In this document: positions 9,008-13,051 of the stretch, in pieces
Numbering within the stretch: position 1 is the first letter of the stretch
Layout of the letters: each line of letters starts with the position of its first letter
Assembly (NCBI GenBank): GCA_030141605.1
Contig: JAQGDQ010002144.1
Coordinates: 1 to 13,051, forward strand
Direction: 5' to 3'
From: Tubiluchus corallicola
Taxonomy: Eukaryota > Animalia > Priapulida
DNA length: 13,051 bases
Position numbers and translations under genes: made by a program
The notes under the pieces: model-generated
What the model was told of the DNA's origin: nothing
Seen by the model: the letters and a program-made list of their open reading frames with translations, nothing else
Databases searched by the model: none

Positions 9008-9565
9008 GGGGGGTAAAAAATTACCCCCACAATAATTCGTAAATTACTTTTGATAAACTGCCGTGTTTTATTAGTAAACAGCAACAGCATAATGTGTGGT
9101 TATGCTGACCACCATAGAGTACATTATACTTCTGCTTAAACACATGTGACTTACTAGTAATACGAAATTTAAATTCACTTAGTTACGTTCCCTTATCTAT
9201 GCTGGAATAACTGTATATAACCGACATTGCTAGCGCGTGTGCAAAAATCATTGTTATTTTGAATTTATTGTCACTGCTACTACTTTAAGTCAGCATACAG
9301 ACGTCTGACATTTTGTTTTATCAGATAAATCGCCCGTATAATGTACAGACAAGCGAAGTAAAGTTTCGAAAATTTCAAAAAAATCGTCATATTGCATTTT
9401 CACTTTTATTTCATGGTGAGACAATGCGCCTAAAATAAATAACTGAAAGTATTTTGTGCGCAAAACATATTTAGAAAAAGTCATAGAAAAGGTTTACTGG
9501 GATGCGTATGGTAAAAGGGTAAAATGCAAAAAATCCGTCTGGAGGTAATTTTTTTACCCCCCCCC
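9008..9565. mobile_element. Degenerate TIR element marked by the inverted pair GGGGGGTAAAAAATTACC / GGTAATTTTTTTACCCCCC
   Basis: 9008-9028 is nearly the reverse complement of 9541-9565; true ends and TSD not resolved. Confidence 0.55.
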
Positions 9566-9903
9566 AAACTGCATAGGTGGCGCTAATTCATGCAACAACA
9601 AAAACTTCACACAAAATTTTATATTTATAACAAAAAAATAAACTCTGTAAAGATGTACAATCATAAGACTATTAAAAAGAAAAAGTAATTATTCTGAGAT
9701 AAAATTAGAAATGTGAAATTATATAATAAAGGCAAAAGCATAGCACCTTGTGGCGTATCTCTGCATCACAGCCAATGAAAAACAAATGCAGATGTTTCTG
9801 TGCACATAAGCTGGATAAGATCTTGTTTGATAAGTCAACATTAAGGCTGATACACACGTACTAAAATGAATTACGACATTGATTTTACATGTTATGACTA
9901 AAT

Positions 9904-10271
9904 TAGGGTTACCACACGTCTGGGTTTCCCCGGACACGTCTTCTTTTTGGGCCTCTGTCCGAGCGGGTTTTCAAAAAATCGTCAGTTTGTCTGGGTTTTG
10001 CCTCAATCCGTAAGCATGTATGGACGTTGCCAACTGCAGAGGCGTACGACAGTACGAGACAAAGAAAAGCTCGTTAATTTTCAATACAAGATGTTGCTAA
10101 CTTCTCAAAATGCAACCCTTGTAAAAGCATTGTGTACATATTTACTGAGCAAAAGTAAGCGCTGCACACATCACTATGGGTCACACGACTCACACCGCTG
10201 TCGATACTCGGCGTATTCGCTAACGACTAAAAAGTGTCCTCTTTTTCAACTCAGACAATATGGTAACCCTA
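9904..10271. mobile_element. hAT MITE with Blackjack-type ends, 368 bp
   Basis: TIR TAGGGTTACCA / TGGTAACCCTA; 8-bp TSD GACTAAAT at 9896-9903 and, displaced by a later insertion, at 10783-10790; TGTCC/TGTCT-type subterminal motifs. Confidence 0.93.
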
Positions 10272-10274
10272 GAC

Positions 10275-10777
10275 CAGGGATGAGAATGACAAATTGCAAA
10301 AAACTCTGAAACAGGCCGGGGGCTGCCTAGACCCCCAATGGGGTTCAAGGGGTGAAGCCCCCTTGGAGCCAGCAACAAATTGCAATTTTGTGACCATAGA
10401 GAGCCTCTAAGTGGACTTAAAATATCAATTACCTTGTTTCATGCATAATTTAAAATACCCAACTATCAAGGATACACGATACCTAATTGTCTCAAAAATG
10501 CCTAAGTACTGGCCGTTCCTATGCAAAAGTATATAAAAACTGTCTGCAATTGACTCAAATAACTCTGCACAATTGATTCTATTTTTTTATACATAGAGAT
10601 ATACACGTGGTTACACTGATGCACGTGATGTAAACAAAGTGATGGCCTGCCATATTTCAGTTTGTGAAATAATGTACTGGGTCCGTAAACATTTTCTCAA
10701 CGAATTTACACGATTTACAAAAAAGGCACTACCGGTCTTCCAAAAACTCGGAATTCCGCGGAAAATTCTCATCCCTG
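10275..10777. mobile_element. hAT MITE, 503 bp
   Basis: Perfect 13-bp TIR CAGGGATGAGAAT / ATTCTCATCCCTG; 8-bp TSD CCCTAGAC at 10267-10274 and 10778-10785; internal GC-rich hairpin AAGGGG-TGAAGC-CCCCTT. Confidence 0.96.
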
Positions 10778-11144
10778 CCCTAGACTAAATCATGCTTATT
10801 GACTAAACACCTATATAGTGCTAAATGGCTACTTATGATATATCATATTGGAAGCATCAATCTTAGAGTGATTTGGAGAGACTGAGCTGCATGAATACAT
10901 CTATTATCAGATCCAAATGATTTCGTGTCACTAAGCACCTCTTGGGTTTTTCTAAAATAAAAAGTGAGTTTAATGTAAATACAAAGTAGAAAAGTAGTTG
11001 AAATGGTGTCACTTGTTAAGATTGTTATGAAGAAGTTCTGAAGGTAATTGCTAAGACACTGAAATACAGGTAGAATTCAAGTAGAATACAGGTAAGCTTT
11101 ATTTTTATAAATAATTAATAACACTATACATTGCTCTCTCTCAG

Positions 11145-11191
11145 TTTAAGTCACATGCTTACTCAATGATCTCTGAAAACCAACTGCCCAG
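11145..11191 (+). CDS. Candidate 47-bp exon (FKSHAYSMISENQLP), product unknown
   Basis: Acceptor ttgctctctctcag| and consensus donor CAG|GTAAGT; one open frame; overlaps a competing minus-strand exon candidate. Confidence 0.3.
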
Positions 11192-11544
11192 GTAAGTTTT
11201 TTTCCATGAAGCAAGGAAGCCAGCAATTCAGTGAAGGTAAATGTTATGCATACTAGTTCAAGGATGACAGTTTACTTAGACTGTATATAAAGAAATAGAC
11301 TCATTTTATAGCTGAAATTTCTTTTAACAAGAGAATGTAATAATATGACTATTGATAATAATTAAAAACTAATCATTGATAAAAATAAGATCAAGAAATC
11401 GTGAAGCTTCACGACAATTGTCAACATACAATAACATTACAATCCTGCGTATTACATCCAAAATAAATATTTCCATTTATTTACCATAAGTACACGAATG
11501 GCTATTACAGAAAATTTGTCAGTGAAGATTATTACTTGTTAAAC

Positions 11545-11617
11545 ATATATGTATACATGTGTGTGTGTGTGTGTGTGTGTGCGTGCGTGTTTGTGTGTAT
11601 ATATATATATATATATA
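11545..11617. repeat. Compound (TG)n/(TA)n microsatellite
   Basis: Direct reading; followed by ATCTTTATTTGCC (minus-strand AATAAA at 11621-11626), like a retroelement tail. Confidence 0.95.
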
Positions 11618-11760
11618 ATCTTTATTTGCCATAAAAAATTGATATTCATAACTATAAAGGCATAAAACAACATCGCAGCATGAGAATAAAATTCAAACAA
11701 CTGTTCAAAACAAAATATACATTACAATGTTACACGCAAATGATAACAGACTATATAGAA

Positions 11761-11782
11761 TATATATATATATATATATATA
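11761..11782. repeat. (TA)11 microsatellite
   Basis: Direct reading. Confidence 0.95.
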
Positions 11783-11855
11783 CAATTTAAAATGGACGTG
11801 AGTAAAGAAAATTGGCGAATGAACATATATTATCGTTTATATTATATTATATTAC

Positions 11856-11934
11856 CCCAAGTTTGGATTTTGACATGTTCTGTCACGCAAACAAAGTTGG
11901 CAATAATTTCACAGAGTGTCTTGACACAAAAATC
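11856..11934 (-). CDS. Candidate 79-bp exon (DFCVKTLCEIIANFVCVTEHVKIQTW), product unknown
   Basis: Acceptor ttttcaatcacag|, donor G|GTAATA; only one frame is open throughout. Confidence 0.3.
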
Positions 11935-11994
11935 CTGTGATTGAAAATGTCTAGTTGTAATAACAGTGTAATAGGGATCTTGTTTGTTCTAGAC

Positions 11995-12085
11995 CAGTGG
12001 TCTTCAACCTTTTTTAATGTCGTCCACCCCTGGTGGTGATTAAGTAGAAGCTGTCCACCCCCCACCCCAAAACCGCCCTCCTTAA
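11995..12085 (+). mobile_element. Left end of a hAT-Charlie-like element; partner end not in window
   Basis: CAGTGGTCTTCAACCTTTTTT preceded by TTCTAGAC (11987-11994), fitting the NTCTAGAN Charlie target preference; GTCCACCCC subterminal repeat x2; right coordinate approximate. Confidence 0.7.
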
Positions 12086-12387
12086 AAATCTCAGGCTTTT
12101 AATATTTCAAATCTAAGTTTCAGATCTCATTTCTATGACTATGTAAACAGAAAAAAGCAGTTTCTCTTATTTTTTATTTAACTTTTACATATTCATCCAT
12201 GTATTTACACACCTCATCTCAAACTAAGAGACTCAAAATACACAAGATAACATTAAGCCATTTAGACACATTTTCCTTCACTAAAGTAAAATTGCAGACA
12301 ACGTTTGCTATATTTGGTACGGTATCAGTAAATAAAACAAATAGTTATCCTTTAAAAAAATCTAGACCAATCAAACTGTTCCTCACA

Positions 12388-13043
12388 GAAAGAAGAAGTA
12401 AGAACGAGACATAACGAGAAAGAAAAAAAGAAGAAGTAAGAACGAGACATAACGAGAAAGAAAAAAAGAAGAAGTAAGAACGAGACATAACGAGAAAGAA
12501 AAAAAGAAGAAGTAAGAACAAGACATAACGAGAAAGAAAAAAAGAAGTAAGAACAAGACATAACGAGAAAGAAAAAAAGAAGAAGTAAGAACGAGACATA
12601 ACGAGAAAGAAAAAAAGAAGAAGTAAGAACGAGACATAACGAGAAAGAAAAAAGAAGAAGTAAGAACGAGACATAACGAGAAAGAAAAAAGAAGAAGTAA
12701 GAACGAGACATAACGAGAAAGAAAAAAAGAAGAAGTAAGAACGAGACATAACGAGAAAGAAAAAAGAAGAAGTAAGAACGAGACATAACGAGGAAAAAAA
12801 GAAGTAAGAACGAGACATAACGAGAAAGAAAAAAAGAAGAAGTAAGAACGAGACATAACGAGAAAGAAAAAAGAAGAAGTAAGAACGAGACATAACGAGG
12901 AAAAAAAGAAGTAAGAACGAGACATAACGAGAAAGAAAAAAAGAAGAAGTAAGAACGAGACATAACGAGAAAGAAAAAAAAGAAGTAAGAACGAGACATA
13001 ACGAGGAAAAAAAGAAGTAAGAACGAGACATAACGAGAAAGAA
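12388..13043. repeat. Purine-rich minisatellite, 32-38-bp unit (GTAAGAACGAGACATAACGAGAAAGAAAAAAAGAAGAA), 18 copies
   Basis: GTAAGAAC starts at 12398,12436,12474,12512,12547,12585,12623,12660,12697,12735,12772,12804,12842,12879,12911,12949,12985,13017. Confidence 0.98.
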
Positions 13044-13051
13044 ATTTGATG

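Noticed and set aside
9947-10309. 120-aa ORF as a transposase
   Set aside because: It crosses the junction of two separate MITEs, has no hAT motifs and is far too short.
12345-13031. Three Phe/Ser/Leu-rich minus-strand ORFs
   Set aside because: All three frames are open because the minus strand lacks stops; unit lengths vary by non-multiples of 3.

Overview
AT-rich eukaryotic (probably invertebrate animal) genomic DNA with no prokaryotic-style genes, rRNA/tRNA or CRISPR array. It is dominated by seven unrelated tandem repeats (units of 101, 25, 154, 66, 15, 92 and about 32-38 bp) and non-autonomous DNA transposons: two pogo/Tigger-type Tc1/mariner MITEs, three hAT MITEs with 8-bp TSDs (one inserted across the terminus of another), a Charlie-like hAT end and a foldback hairpin. 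Between the repeats a candidate spliced minus-strand gene can be assembled by hand (4466-3909, 3337-3268, 1085-993, all phase-compatible). Its first coding exon would consist mostly of the 66-bp repeat, and it lies downstream of a consensus RFX X-box at 5352-5365. The 25-bp satellite in its intron is itself an array of X-box-like sites. No protein could be identified. Exon calls are inferences from splice signals and reading frame only, and most ORF-track entries are repeat artefacts.
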